In this document: in pieces, positions 8,158 through 16,761 of the stretch
Layout of the letters: every line of letters starts with the position of its first letter
Position numbering within the stretch: the first letter of the stretch is position 1
Origin: Dehalococcoidia bacterium
GTDB taxonomy: Bacteria > Chloroflexota > Dehalococcoidia > Bin125
Assembly (NCBI GenBank): GCA_965203165.1
Contig: OZ241849.1
Location: 367,583 to 431,582, forward strand
Length of the DNA stretch: 64,000 nucleotides
Direction: 5' to 3'
Position numbers and translations under genes: made by a program
Notes under the pieces: model-generated
What the model saw: only the letters and a program-made list of their open reading frames with translations
Database searches by the model: none
Told to the model about the DNA's origin: nothing

Positions 8158-9266
8158 CCGCGGATCAGGGCCGACGGCGGCGCGAACTTCGACGCGCCGA
8201 TCTCGTGCCCCCAACCCATCCCCGTGTAGATGCTCGTCCACTTCCCCGCGTGGCTGCCCGCCACGGTGATCTGAATGAATGACGGATCGAGGAACTTGGC
8301 AATCGGGCGATCCAGGTCTGCCTCCGTGTAGCCCGGTTGGCCCAGCAGGTAGCGCGGGTAGCCCGAACCGGACTGGTCGTTTTCCAACCGCTCGCGCAGC
8401 GGCCGGGCCGTGTCCTCGATGATGCACTCGCGGATGTCATCCTTCGACCAGCCGTCGGCGCGGAACACGTCGGCGTGTTCGGGCGCGACTACGAGCATCG
8501 TCGGCGCGCTGGGGCTCTTGGGATCGCCGATCGATTGCAGCGCGAGCGCCAGCGAGCCGGCCAGCTGGCGCGCCGTGCGGCTCGTCTGGTCGATGCAGAC
8601 CCGCGGCCCGCCCATCACCGGCATTAGGGTCAGCACATCCTGATCGCGCTCGTAGCCGTATTCGACGTGCCACGGGTCCCAGGGGCTGGCCTCCTCGTAC
8701 TCGGCGAAGGTCAGCGTCCACTTGTGTCCGCCGCCCTGAATTGCCTGCTCGATCTCGCCCGGCCGCGCGCCGCCCACGTTGCGCAGCAGCAGCCGAAAGG
8801 CTCGCCCGGTCGTGTTGCTCGGGCGGTTCGCCTGGCCCAGCGCGTTCAGCCCCGAGTTGATCCCCAGACGCTCGCGCACCGGGCCGTTGATCACCATCAT
8901 CGCCGCCGCGCCGGCCGTCGTCGCGACCAGCCCATGGAACGGGTAGCGCACCCCCTGACGCGGATCCAGCGCCGCTTCGACAGCGGCCAGCACGAGCGGG
9001 AAGTGCTCAGGCGCGCAGCCGGCCATCACCGCGTTGATCGCGATCTTGCCGACCGTGCCGTCGGCGTAGTTGGGCGGGACGGGCGCGATTGTTTCCTGCG
9101 GATCGCGATCCACCGCGGCCAGCATCGCCCGCACCCGTTCGGGCGTGGGTGGGACGACGGGCAAGCCGTCGGTCAGCCCCTGCTCGAAGAGGAACTCGTG
9201 GACGTCGATGTGGTCGGCGATCTCGATCAGCCGCGCGGGCAGGCTGTCGGCCGCGCTCTGGCTCAC
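8154..9266 (-). CDS. uncharacterised UGSC-associated protein
   Basis: TDGLPVVPPTPERV, INAVMAGC, NRPSNTTGRA motifs; directly downstream of the UGSC gene. Confidence 0.7.
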   Translation of the reverse strand: MSQSAADSLPARLIEIADHIDVHEFLFEQGLTDGLPVVPPTPERVRAMLAAVDRDPQETIAPVPPNYADGTVGKIAINAVMAGCAPEHFPLVLAAVEAALDPRQGVRYPFHGLVATTAGAAAMMVINGPVRERLGINSGLNALGQANRPSNTTGRAFRLLLRNVGGARPGEIEQAIQGGGHKWTLTFAEYEEASPWDPWHVEYGYERDQDVLTLMPVMGGPRVCIDQTSRTARQLAGSLALALQSIGDPKSPSAPTMLVVAPEHADVFRADGWSKDDIRECIIEDTARPLRERLENDQSGSGYPRYLLGQPGYTEADLDRPIAKFLDPSFIQITVAGSHAGKWTSIYTGMGWGHEIGASKFAPPSALIRG

Positions 9267-9279
9267 AGCCGCGCGCCCG

Positions 9280-9807
9280 TCAGCCGACCGGCTGCATTAG
9301 CACATCGAGGATTTCGTCGATGTAGCGCTCCGCGTGGGCCTGCATCTCGGCGTCCGTGCGGTCCTGCATCGGATGCGGGATGAACACCCGCCGCACCTCG
9401 GGCAGGCCGAGGCGCTCCGCCTGATGCTGCGCCGCGTTGACGAACTCCGTGGTGGCCACGAACACTGCCGGCTTGCCCTGGATTTCGAAGTTCACTGCGT
9501 CGTGCACACTGCACGTCGTGCAGGAGCCTCAATCGGCCAGGGCTTCGATGACGAAGTCGGCCTCCTCCAGGATCGCCTGCTTGGTGTCCTCCGGCACGGG
9601 CTTGGCCACGGTGGGCTTCATGTAGCGGCGCGTCTCGATGCCCGGCGCGCGCTCGTGCAGCAGCTGCTCGAGGCGGTCGAGGAAGACATCGCCGCGCGGC
9701 TTGGAGATGTCGAGCAGCGCCACCGTGCCATGCAGCGCCTCCGGGCGCGGCGTCAGCTGGCGCTTCACCGGCACCCGTTCATCGGTCGGGTCGAGAATCT
9801 GAACCAT
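9280..9807 (-). CDS. UGSC-family selenoprotein (in-frame TGA at 9529-9531 read as Sec)
   Basis: ORFs 9529-9858 and 9280-9507 share a frame; the joined protein reads EALAD-U-GSCTTCSVHD; 175 aa from the ATG at 9807. Confidence 0.85.
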
Positions 9808-9929
9808 CGCAAGCCTCCCTCGCTGCTGCGCCCGGGGCGGCGGGCGCGTTTGTCGCATTCTAAACGTTTCGCGGCGTCCATTGTTGAGGGAGTTGGCTAC
9901 CCTTGATCGCGGAGAGGCGGATCTGGCAG

Positions 9930-10175
9930 ATGCTCAAGATCGCAGTACACCCCGGCGAGATTCTGGGCGAGGAGATCGCCGAGCTGGACGTGACGCCGAC
10001 GGAGCTGGCGCGGCAGCTGCGCGTGCCGCCGAATCGGATCAGCCAGATCATCGCCGGCAAACGCTCGATCAGCGGCGACACCGCGCTGCGCCTCGGCCAC
10101 TGGTTCGGGACGAGCCCGCAGTTCTGGATCAACCTACAGTCGCAGTTCGATCTCGCCGTCGCCGCGCAAAATTAG
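9930..10175 (+). CDS. higA: HigA-family HTH antitoxin (orphan)
   Basis: HPGEIL, ELARQLRVPPNRISQI, TALRL, FWINLQ. Confidence 0.85.
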   Translation: MLKIAVHPGEILGEEIAELDVTPTELARQLRVPPNRISQIIAGKRSISGDTALRLGHWFGTSPQFWINLQSQFDLAVAAQN

Positions 10176-10718
10176 ATCCGTCATGCCCGCGCGCGCCCTC
10201 CTCCGTCATACCCGCGTACCACTTCCCCGTCATACCCGCGCTCGCCGCGGGTATCTCGCCGCGCTGAGCACCAAGCCCGTTCTCGCCTCCCCTACCCCCA
10301 CGCTCCCCTTCCGCCATTCCTGCACCCCATCCCTCTCATACCCGCGCTCCTCCTCCCCGTCATACCCGCGCTCGCCGCGGGTATCTCGCCGCGCTGAGCA
10401 CCAAGCCCGTTCTCGCCTCCCCTACCCCCACGCTCCCCTTCCGCCATTCCTGCACCTCCTCCCTCTCATACCCGCGCACCACATCCCCGTCATACCCGCG
10501 CTCGCCGCGGGTATCTCGCTGCGCTGAGCACCAAGCCCGTTCTCGCCTCCCCTACCCCCACGCTCCCCTTCCGCCATTCCTGCACCCCATCCCTCTCATA
10601 CCCGCGCTCCTCCTCCCCGTCATACCCGCGCTCGCCGCGGGTATCTCGCCGCGCTGAGCACCAAGCCCGTTCCCGCCTCCCCTCCCCGTCAGACCCGCGC
10701 TCGCCGCGGGTATGACGG
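10175..10718 (+). repeat. tandem array 1 of CGTC-tagged palindromic repeat, 130-bp period
   Basis: CCGTCATACCCGCGCTCGCCGCGGGTATCTCG recurs near 10227, 10357, 10487 and 10617; closes with GGGTATGACGG. Confidence 0.92.
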
Positions 10719-10741
10719 AAGTGTGAACAGGCTCTAGCGCG

Positions 10742-12325
10742 TTACTCCCCGACCACCGCGCTGGTTGGCGTTGAATAGACGCCGCCGGCCCAGCCGCCCA
10801 GGATGGTCGAAAACTTGGCGGCCGCGCTGCCCGCCACTACCAGGATGATGTTTTCGGGCTTCTGGAACTTGGCGACCGGGCGATCCAGCGCGGCTTCGCC
10901 GCCGAAGCGCTCGATGATGTTGGGCGGCAGGCCGGCGCCGCTGCGCTCGTTGCGGATGCGCTCGCGCAGCGGGACCGATGTGTCCTCCATGATGCACTCG
11001 CGCACATCGGCCTTGCTCCAGCCGTCGCGCCCGAAGATGCCGGCGTGGTCGGGCGAGACGACGATCAGCGTGTCGCTGGTGGGCGATTTCGGGTCCTGCA
11101 GCCCGGCCAGCGCGAGCGCGAAGCTGCCCGCCAGCTGGCGCGCCGTGCGGCTGGTCTGATCGACGAACGTGTTGGGCCCGCCCGACAGCGCGATCAGCGT
11201 GGCCACATCCTGATCCGGCTCGAAGCCGCGCTCGACGGCGAGCGACTCCCAGGGGCTGGCCGCCTCGTTTTCGGCGAAGTTGCTGGTCATGCGGTGCGGG
11301 CCGCCCTGCGTGGCGCGATCGGTCCCGCCCGGCTGCGAGCCGCCCACATTGCGCGCGCAGAGCCGCAGCGCGCGGCCGATCGTCGCGTTCGCGCGGTTGC
11401 CCTGGCCCAGCGCGTTGTGCGCGTAGTTCATCCCGAGGCGGTCGCGGATCGGGCCGTTGAACACGCCCACCGGCGTCGCGCCCATCGTTGTCGCCAGCAC
11501 GCCGTGGATGTTGAAGCTCTCCGTGCAGGCGATCTCGACCAGGGTCAGGATGGCGGGCAGATACTCCGGCTTCGCGCCCGCCAGCACCGCGTTGATCGCC
11601 GCCTTCTCGACCGTGATCGGCGCGAGGTTGGGCGGCACGACCGCGATCTCTTCCTGCGGGTCGCGCGTCGTGCCCTGCAGCATCCGCCAGACCCGCTCGC
11701 GCGTCGGCGGCGCCACGGGGAAGCCGTCGGTGTAGCCCTGCGCGTAGGCGAACTCGTAGATGTCCTCGCCGCCGCCGACTTCGACGATCCGCGAAAGCAG
11801 GTCGCCGCTGCGCCGCGCGGCGAGCCGCTCGTAGACGCCCGGCTCGTAGTTGCGCGCGCCGCAGCCCGGCCGCTGCGCCGGCAGCGCGTCCCAGTCCACC
11901 CCGATCGGCTCGCCCTCGCGCCCCGCCAGCGTCATCGCCTCGGCGCTGATCTCGCGCCACTCGTGCTTGTCGAAGCCGTACGTCTCAATCTCGCAGCGAT
12001 TCGCGCGGTCGTAGAGAAACAGCGTCGGCACGGTGTCGATGTCGGCGTCGTAGGAGAGGTCGAGGTCGTCGTCGTCGAGCAGCGGCATGGTCAGATCGTG
12101 CCGCTCGCGCAGCACATTGATGTCGTCGCGCTTTTGCACGGCGACCCAGACATCCAAGCCATCGCCCGAGGCGCGGTGCAGCGACTCGAGCAGGGGCAGC
12201 GTGAGGTTGCAGGTGTCGCAGTCTTCCTTGACCAGCGCGAGCAGCACGGGCCCCGCCGGCGGAAACTGGCGGAGGCCGCCCTCGGCGTCGGGCAGGGCGA
12301 AGCTGGTCGGCGCGCGCATACGCAC
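10742..12325 (-). CDS. thioredoxin-like (CDTC) domain fused to UGSC-associated domain
   Basis: KEDCDTC and VPT in the N-terminal part, RPGCG linker; C-terminal part paralogous to 8154-9266 (TDGFPVAPPT, VDQTSRTARQLAGS). Confidence 0.75.
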   Translation of the reverse strand: MRMRAPTSFALPDAEGGLRQFPPAGPVLLALVKEDCDTCNLTLPLLESLHRASGDGLDVWVAVQKRDDINVLRERHDLTMPLLDDDDLDLSYDADIDTVPTLFLYDRANRCEIETYGFDKHEWREISAEAMTLAGREGEPIGVDWDALPAQRPGCGARNYEPGVYERLAARRSGDLLSRIVEVGGGEDIYEFAYAQGYTDGFPVAPPTRERVWRMLQGTTRDPQEEIAVVPPNLAPITVEKAAINAVLAGAKPEYLPAILTLVEIACTESFNIHGVLATTMGATPVGVFNGPIRDRLGMNYAHNALGQGNRANATIGRALRLCARNVGGSQPGGTDRATQGGPHRMTSNFAENEAASPWESLAVERGFEPDQDVATLIALSGGPNTFVDQTSRTARQLAGSFALALAGLQDPKSPTSDTLIVVSPDHAGIFGRDGWSKADVRECIMEDTSVPLRERIRNERSGAGLPPNIIERFGGEAALDRPVAKFQKPENIILVVAGSAAAKFSTILGGWAGGVYSTPTSAVVGE

Positions 12326-12443
12326 AGGCTAGCAAGCCCGCCGTCGCGCTTGCACCTCTCGCGCCCCTTGCGCATTGACCACCGCCGCCGCAGGTGCGAC
12401 AATTCACGCGCGACGGCGAGACAGCCGGGGAAGGCGACGGAAC

Positions 12444-12758
12444 GTGCGACTGATCAAGCTGCTGCTCATTTTCCTGCTGCTCGCCGCGGCGCTGCCCTCG
12501 GCCGCGCTGGCCGCCGAACAAACCGCGCCGACCGAGCCGACCGCCCTCGCGCCGCAGGAGTCGGGCGAAGAGATCATCACCTCCGACGAAACGCTGGCGA
12601 CCTCGATCTTCATTCCCTTCTGCTTCATCGGCGCCACGCTGGCCGTCTTCATCTGGGCCATCCGCAACCGCGCCCGCCGCCAGGAAGAGGAAGAGCCGAT
12701 GCCCTGGTGGCGCACCCACGAGTGGTACACCCGAGGCGCCGAGGACGAAGAGGCGTAG
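12444..12758 (+). CDS. small membrane/secreted hypothetical protein
   Basis: signal-peptide-like N-terminus plus one TM helix; GTG start inferred. Confidence 0.55.
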   Translation: MRLIKLLLIFLLLAAALPSAALAAEQTAPTEPTALAPQESGEEIITSDETLATSIFIPFCFIGATLAVFIWAIRNRARRQEEEEPMPWWRTHEWYTRGAEDEEA

Positions 12759-12806
12759 CGCCTCAGTCGCGCCGCTTCTCAGAGCAAACCCGTCGTACAC
12801 GCCCCT

Positions 12807-13455
12807 AGATCCGTCATACCCGCGCTTGTCGCGGGTATCTCGCCGCGTTCTGCACGGAGCCCCGCGTGCGCCTCCGCTTGCCACCTACGTGAGCAAGATC
12901 CATCACACTCGCGCGCCCCAACTCCGTCACTCCCGCGCCCCAGATCCGTCATACCCGCGCTCGCCGCGGGTATCTCGCCGCGTTCTGCACAGAGCCCCGC
13001 GCCCACCTCCGCTGCCACCCACACGAGCAAGATCCGTCACACCCGCGCGCCTCACCTCCGTCACACCCGCGCGCCTCACCTCCATCACTCCCGCGCCTCA
13101 CCTCCATCACTCCCGCGCCCCAACTCCGTCATACCCGCGCTTGCCGCGGGTATCTCGCCGCGTTCTGCACGGAGCCCCGCACCCGCCTCCGCTGCCACCC
13201 GCGCAAGCAAGATCCGCCACACCCGCGCGCCCCAACTCCGTCACACCCGCGCCCCAACTCCGCCACACCCCCGCGCCCCAGATCCGTCATACCCGCGCTT
13301 GTCGCGGGTATCTCGCCGCGTTCTGCACAGAGCCCCGCGCGCACCTCCGCTTGCCACCCACGCGAGCAAGATCCGCCACACCTCCGCGCCCCAACTCCGT
13401 CACTCCCGCGCCCCAGATCCGTCATACCCGCGCTTGCCGCGGGTATCTCGCCGAG
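12807..13455 (+). repeat. tandem palindromic repeat array 2
   Basis: 5 ATACCCGCG-N5-CGCGGGTAT cores plus many CCGTCACACCCGCG half-sites. Confidence 0.9.
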
Positions 13456-13583
13456 CGCGGCACAAAGCCCCGAACCCACCTCTGCCCCACCCGCGCTTGA
13501 CCCAAGCCGGAACGCCTGCCTAGCATCTCCCCCATTGGCGGTGCCAGTCCGTCACTGCGCGAGTCCGGAGGATGGGGAGCGTC

Positions 13584-14176
13584 ATGACAAAACGAACAAT
13601 CTTGCGGGGGGGGGGGGGGGTAAAACTCTTCTCCTGACGCTGGCGCTCCTCGCGCTGGTCACCGCCGCTCTGGCCGCGATCACCGCCGCTGACTTTACCA
13701 CCGCCCAAGCCCAGAATGACGATGAAGCCACCGGCCGCATCGTCGCACAACGACTCGAAGATGGCCGCGTCGAATTCGGCTGGCAGCCCACCGGCGGATC
13801 GCGCGTGCTACCGCGCCAGCGCTACTTCCCGCCCGATGCGACGGTAGACCGATGGTTGCGGAGCAGCCCCGTAGAGGTAGGCGACGCGGAGATTGGCCGG
13901 ATCAACGCGCGGCTGTTGGAGGACGGCCGGATCGAGTTCGCGTTCACGCCGACGGATGGGGAGCGGATCACGCCGCAGGCGCGCTACTTCCCGGCCGACG
14001 CGCGGGTAGGCCGCTGGCTGCGCAGCACCGAGATCGCGATCGGTCCCGCCGCGCTGCGCTACACCGCCGTCAGCGCCGCCTCGTACCACACCTGCGCGAT
14101 CCGCGCAGGCGACGGCGCGATCGAGTGTTGGGGGGGATTGAACCAGCACGGGCAGGCCACCCCGCCGACCGACTGA
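13584..14176 (+). pseudogene. secreted repeat protein with RCC1-like C-terminal motif, frameshifted at a G15 tract (phase-variable or sequencing error)
   Basis: ATG 13584 reads MTKRTILRGGGGVKLFS-stop; the hydrophobic signal region and mature part lie in another frame; two ~50-aa internal repeats; VSAASYHTCAI..ECWG. Confidence 0.6.
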
Positions 14177-14440
14177 AACGCCGCCCAAGACCCGGCCCAC
14201 GCGATTGGCCCTCTCGCGCTACTCCGTGCGCGTTGCCCAGAGCAAATGTTTAGGGCGCCGCCGGCCTCAGTCCCACGGAACGCCGCGACCTCAGACAGCC
14301 CCACCGCAGGGAGCGCGCTGATAGAGCGAATCAAAGCCCGTTGTGACGATCGCATCAGCGCCGCGCGAGACGGCACCAGACCGCGCGTAGTAGTCTGAGG
14401 GATGGCGTGGAGGCGGGTTCGGAGCTTGGCGCTCGCCACG

Positions 14441-14476
14441 GCGAGATACCCGCGGCGAGCGCGGGTATGACGGATC
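14441..14476 (-). repeat. single inverted copy of the CGTC palindromic repeat
   Basis: GCGAGATACCCGCGGCGAGCGCGGGTATGACGGATC. Confidence 0.85.
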
Positions 14477-14496
14477 CAGGGAAGCGTGAACACGCC

Positions 14497-15555
14497 CTAA
14501 AACAGCAGCGAGCCCAGGCGGCGGCGGTATTCGCTGACGATTGGCTGGTCGCCCAGCACGGCGAAAATGTCCAATAGGCGCTTGCGGGCGCCTTCTTCGT
14601 TGGCATGGCGGTCGAGGCGGATTGATTCCAGCAGGGCCTCCATCGACTGCTGCCATTGGCCTTCCAGGGCTAGCAGGCAGCCTTGCAGGTAGCGGGCTTC
14701 GGCGTCCTCGGGGTTGGCGGCGGCGCGGGCGTGGATTTCTTCCGGGGAGCGGCCGTCCACCACCTGGCGCAGCGCAATTGAGGCGAGAATGCCTTTGGTG
14801 GTGGGGTTGTCGGGCCAGCGCTTGGCCAGCTCTTCGGCCTGAGCGATCTCGCCGATGCCGGCGAGCAGCGCGGCCAGGCCGACGCCGGCCATCTCGTGGT
14901 TCGGGTCCTCCTCCAGCGCGGCCTGAAAGTGCAGCCGAGCGATGGGCACCTGGTTTTGCTGGAGCATTCGGTAGCCCTCGGCGGCCTTGATGTCGGCTTC
15001 GGAGGGGATCAGCGAGTCGAAGAATTCGCGCACGCGCTCTTCGGGCTGCGCGCCGACGAACTGGCTGATCACGCGCCCGCCGGCGAAGGCGAAGACGGCC
15101 GGGATGCCCTGCACCTGGAGCGCCTGCGCGACCTGCGGGTTTTCGTCGGTGTTGACCTTGACCAGCTGCACCTGTCCGTCGCGCTCGTAGGCCAGCTTTT
15201 CGAGGATCGGCCCCAGCACGCGGCAGGGGCCGCACCAGGGCGCCCAGCAGTCGACGATTACCGGCAGCTCGTGCGAGCGCTCGATCACGTCCTTTTGGAA
15301 TGTCGCGTCGGTGCTGTCGATCACCGCCGCGATGTGGCCGTGCAGCCCGATCGGCGCTTCGCCGCCGCCGCTAGCCGGCGGCGGAGCAGTCGGCGCGGGC
15401 GCGGGTGGCGGCGGCGGAGCCGAGCGGATCGGCTGGCCGGAGGCCGAGTAGATCAGCGGTCCGCCGCCCTGTTCGGCCGGCGGCGGCTGGCCGCCCGGCT
15501 GCTGACTCTGCCGGTTGCCGGGGAACGGAATCGGATCGGGCGGTCGTTGGCTCAT
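14497..15555 (-). CDS. thioredoxin-TPR co-chaperone (YbbN/CnoX-like)
   Basis: WAPWCGPC, GIPAV, C-terminal YRRRLGSLLF; Pro-rich N-terminal extension. Confidence 0.88.
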   Translation of the reverse strand: MSQRPPDPIPFPGNRQSQQPGGQPPPAEQGGGPLIYSASGQPIRSAPPPPPAPAPTAPPPASGGGEAPIGLHGHIAAVIDSTDATFQKDVIERSHELPVIVDCWAPWCGPCRVLGPILEKLAYERDGQVQLVKVNTDENPQVAQALQVQGIPAVFAFAGGRVISQFVGAQPEERVREFFDSLIPSEADIKAAEGYRMLQQNQVPIARLHFQAALEEDPNHEMAGVGLAALLAGIGEIAQAEELAKRWPDNPTTKGILASIALRQVVDGRSPEEIHARAAANPEDAEARYLQGCLLALEGQWQQSMEALLESIRLDRHANEEGARKRLLDIFAVLGDQPIVSEYRRRLGSLLF

Positions 15556-15559
15556 GCAG

Positions 15560-15760
15560 TTACCAGTTCGTGTAGCGCTTGCGCTTGGGGAAGTTGGCCG
15601 AGCGGGCGCGGGTGCTGTTGTTCTCGAAGATCGAGCCGACGCTGCGGGGCGCGTCCTTGCCGCACTCCGGGCAGGGCTGGTCCTCGCCGGCCTGGCTCAT
15701 CGGCCGAATCTTCTCGAAGTCGTTGCCGCACTCGCCGCAGCGGTAGGTGTAGACCGGCAT
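15560..15760 (-). CDS. FmdB-family zinc ribbon protein
   Basis: MPVYTYRCGECG...CPECG. Confidence 0.85.
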   Translation of the reverse strand: MPVYTYRCGECGNDFEKIRPMSQAGEDQPCPECGKDAPRSVGSIFENNSTRARSANFPKRKRYTNW

Positions 15761-15836
15761 CGCTCTCTGCTCCTGCGAACTGCGTTGATCAGGCGATGGG
15801 CACAATGCTACCGCGCCGCGCCCGCGCAGAGTAGAC

Positions 15837-15862
15837 CGTCATTCCTGCGCAGGCAGGAACCC
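15837..15862 (+). repeat. single CGTC-type palindrome (CCGTCATTCCTGCGCAGGCAGGAACC)
   Basis: same sequence as the doublet arms at 49995 and 63601. Confidence 0.8.
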
Positions 15863-15868
15863 GTGCGC

Positions 15869-16744
15869 TCACCCCCCGTCGCCGGCGAGGCGCTCGCGGG
15901 CGGTGTCGGTCACCCGCAGCGCGGCAGCGACCTCGGCTACGTCATGCACTCGCACGACGTGGGCGCCCAGCCAGGCGGCGAGCGTGTTGAAGGCCAGCGT
16001 GGCTTCGAGCATTCCGGCGCGGCTCTGCGCGTCGCGCGAGCGCAACTCGCCGTGGCCGAGCAGCTCCGCCAGAAAGCCTTTGCGCGAGGCCGAGATCACG
16101 ACGGGACGCCCCAGCGCGGCCAGATTGGGCAGGTCGAGCAGCATGCGCAGATTGTCGGGCAGCCCCTTGCCGAACTGAAAGCCGGGATCCACCCAGACCT
16201 GCGGCACGCCCGCCGCCTCGATCTCTGCCGCGCGGCGCGCCAGATACTCGCGCACATCCGACGCCACATCGGCGTAGTCGTGCGTGATCTCGCGGTGCCG
16301 CTGCGGACGCCCGCGCAGGTGCATGATCAGCAGCGGCGTCCCGCTCTCCGCCGCGGCGCGGACCGTCTGCGGATCGCCGCCGCCGGTGATGTCGTTGATC
16401 AGATGCGCGCCTGCCGCGACCGCCGCACGCGCCACCTCCGCCGTCCAGGTGTCGACCGAGACCAAGTGCCCTTCGCGGATCAGCGTCTCGACCACCGGCG
16501 CGACGCGCGCCGCCTCGACTTCGGGCGCGACCTCTGCCGCCCCCGTGCGGGTGGACTGCGCGCCTACGTCGATGATCGCCGCGCCCGCGCGTCGCAGCTC
16601 GTCGGCGCGCCGCGCCGCCTGATCGGTCGCCACCACCGACGCGCCGACGGGCGAGTCGGTATCCACGTTGAGGATGCCCATCACCTGCGTGCGATGCGCG
16701 CAGTCGAGCGTGCGCCCGCCCAGCTGCAACTGCGTTGGCCGCAT
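15869..16744 (-). CDS. folP: dihydropteroate synthase
   Basis: VMGILNV, DVGAQSTR, SVDT, INDI, DPGFQFGK, SRKGF, RVHDV. Confidence 0.92.
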   Translation of the reverse strand: MRPTQLQLGGRTLDCAHRTQVMGILNVDTDSPVGASVVATDQAARRADELRRAGAAIIDVGAQSTRTGAAEVAPEVEAARVAPVVETLIREGHLVSVDTWTAEVARAAVAAGAHLINDITGGGDPQTVRAAAESGTPLLIMHLRGRPQRHREITHDYADVASDVREYLARRAAEIEAAGVPQVWVDPGFQFGKGLPDNLRMLLDLPNLAALGRPVVISASRKGFLAELLGHGELRSRDAQSRAGMLEATLAFNTLAAWLGAHVVRVHDVAEVAAALRVTDTARERLAGDGG

Positions 16745-16761
16745 TGGTTTGCCGCCGCCGT

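Noticed and set aside
9280-9858. Two separate small genes or a nonsense pseudogene
   Set aside because: Same frame, and the TGA falls exactly at the U of the UGSC motif; better explained as one selenoprotein
10175-10718. Palindromic repeat arrays as CRISPR arrays
   Set aside because: Intervening sequences are 60-170 bp and nearly identical within each array rather than unique spacers; no cas genes in the window
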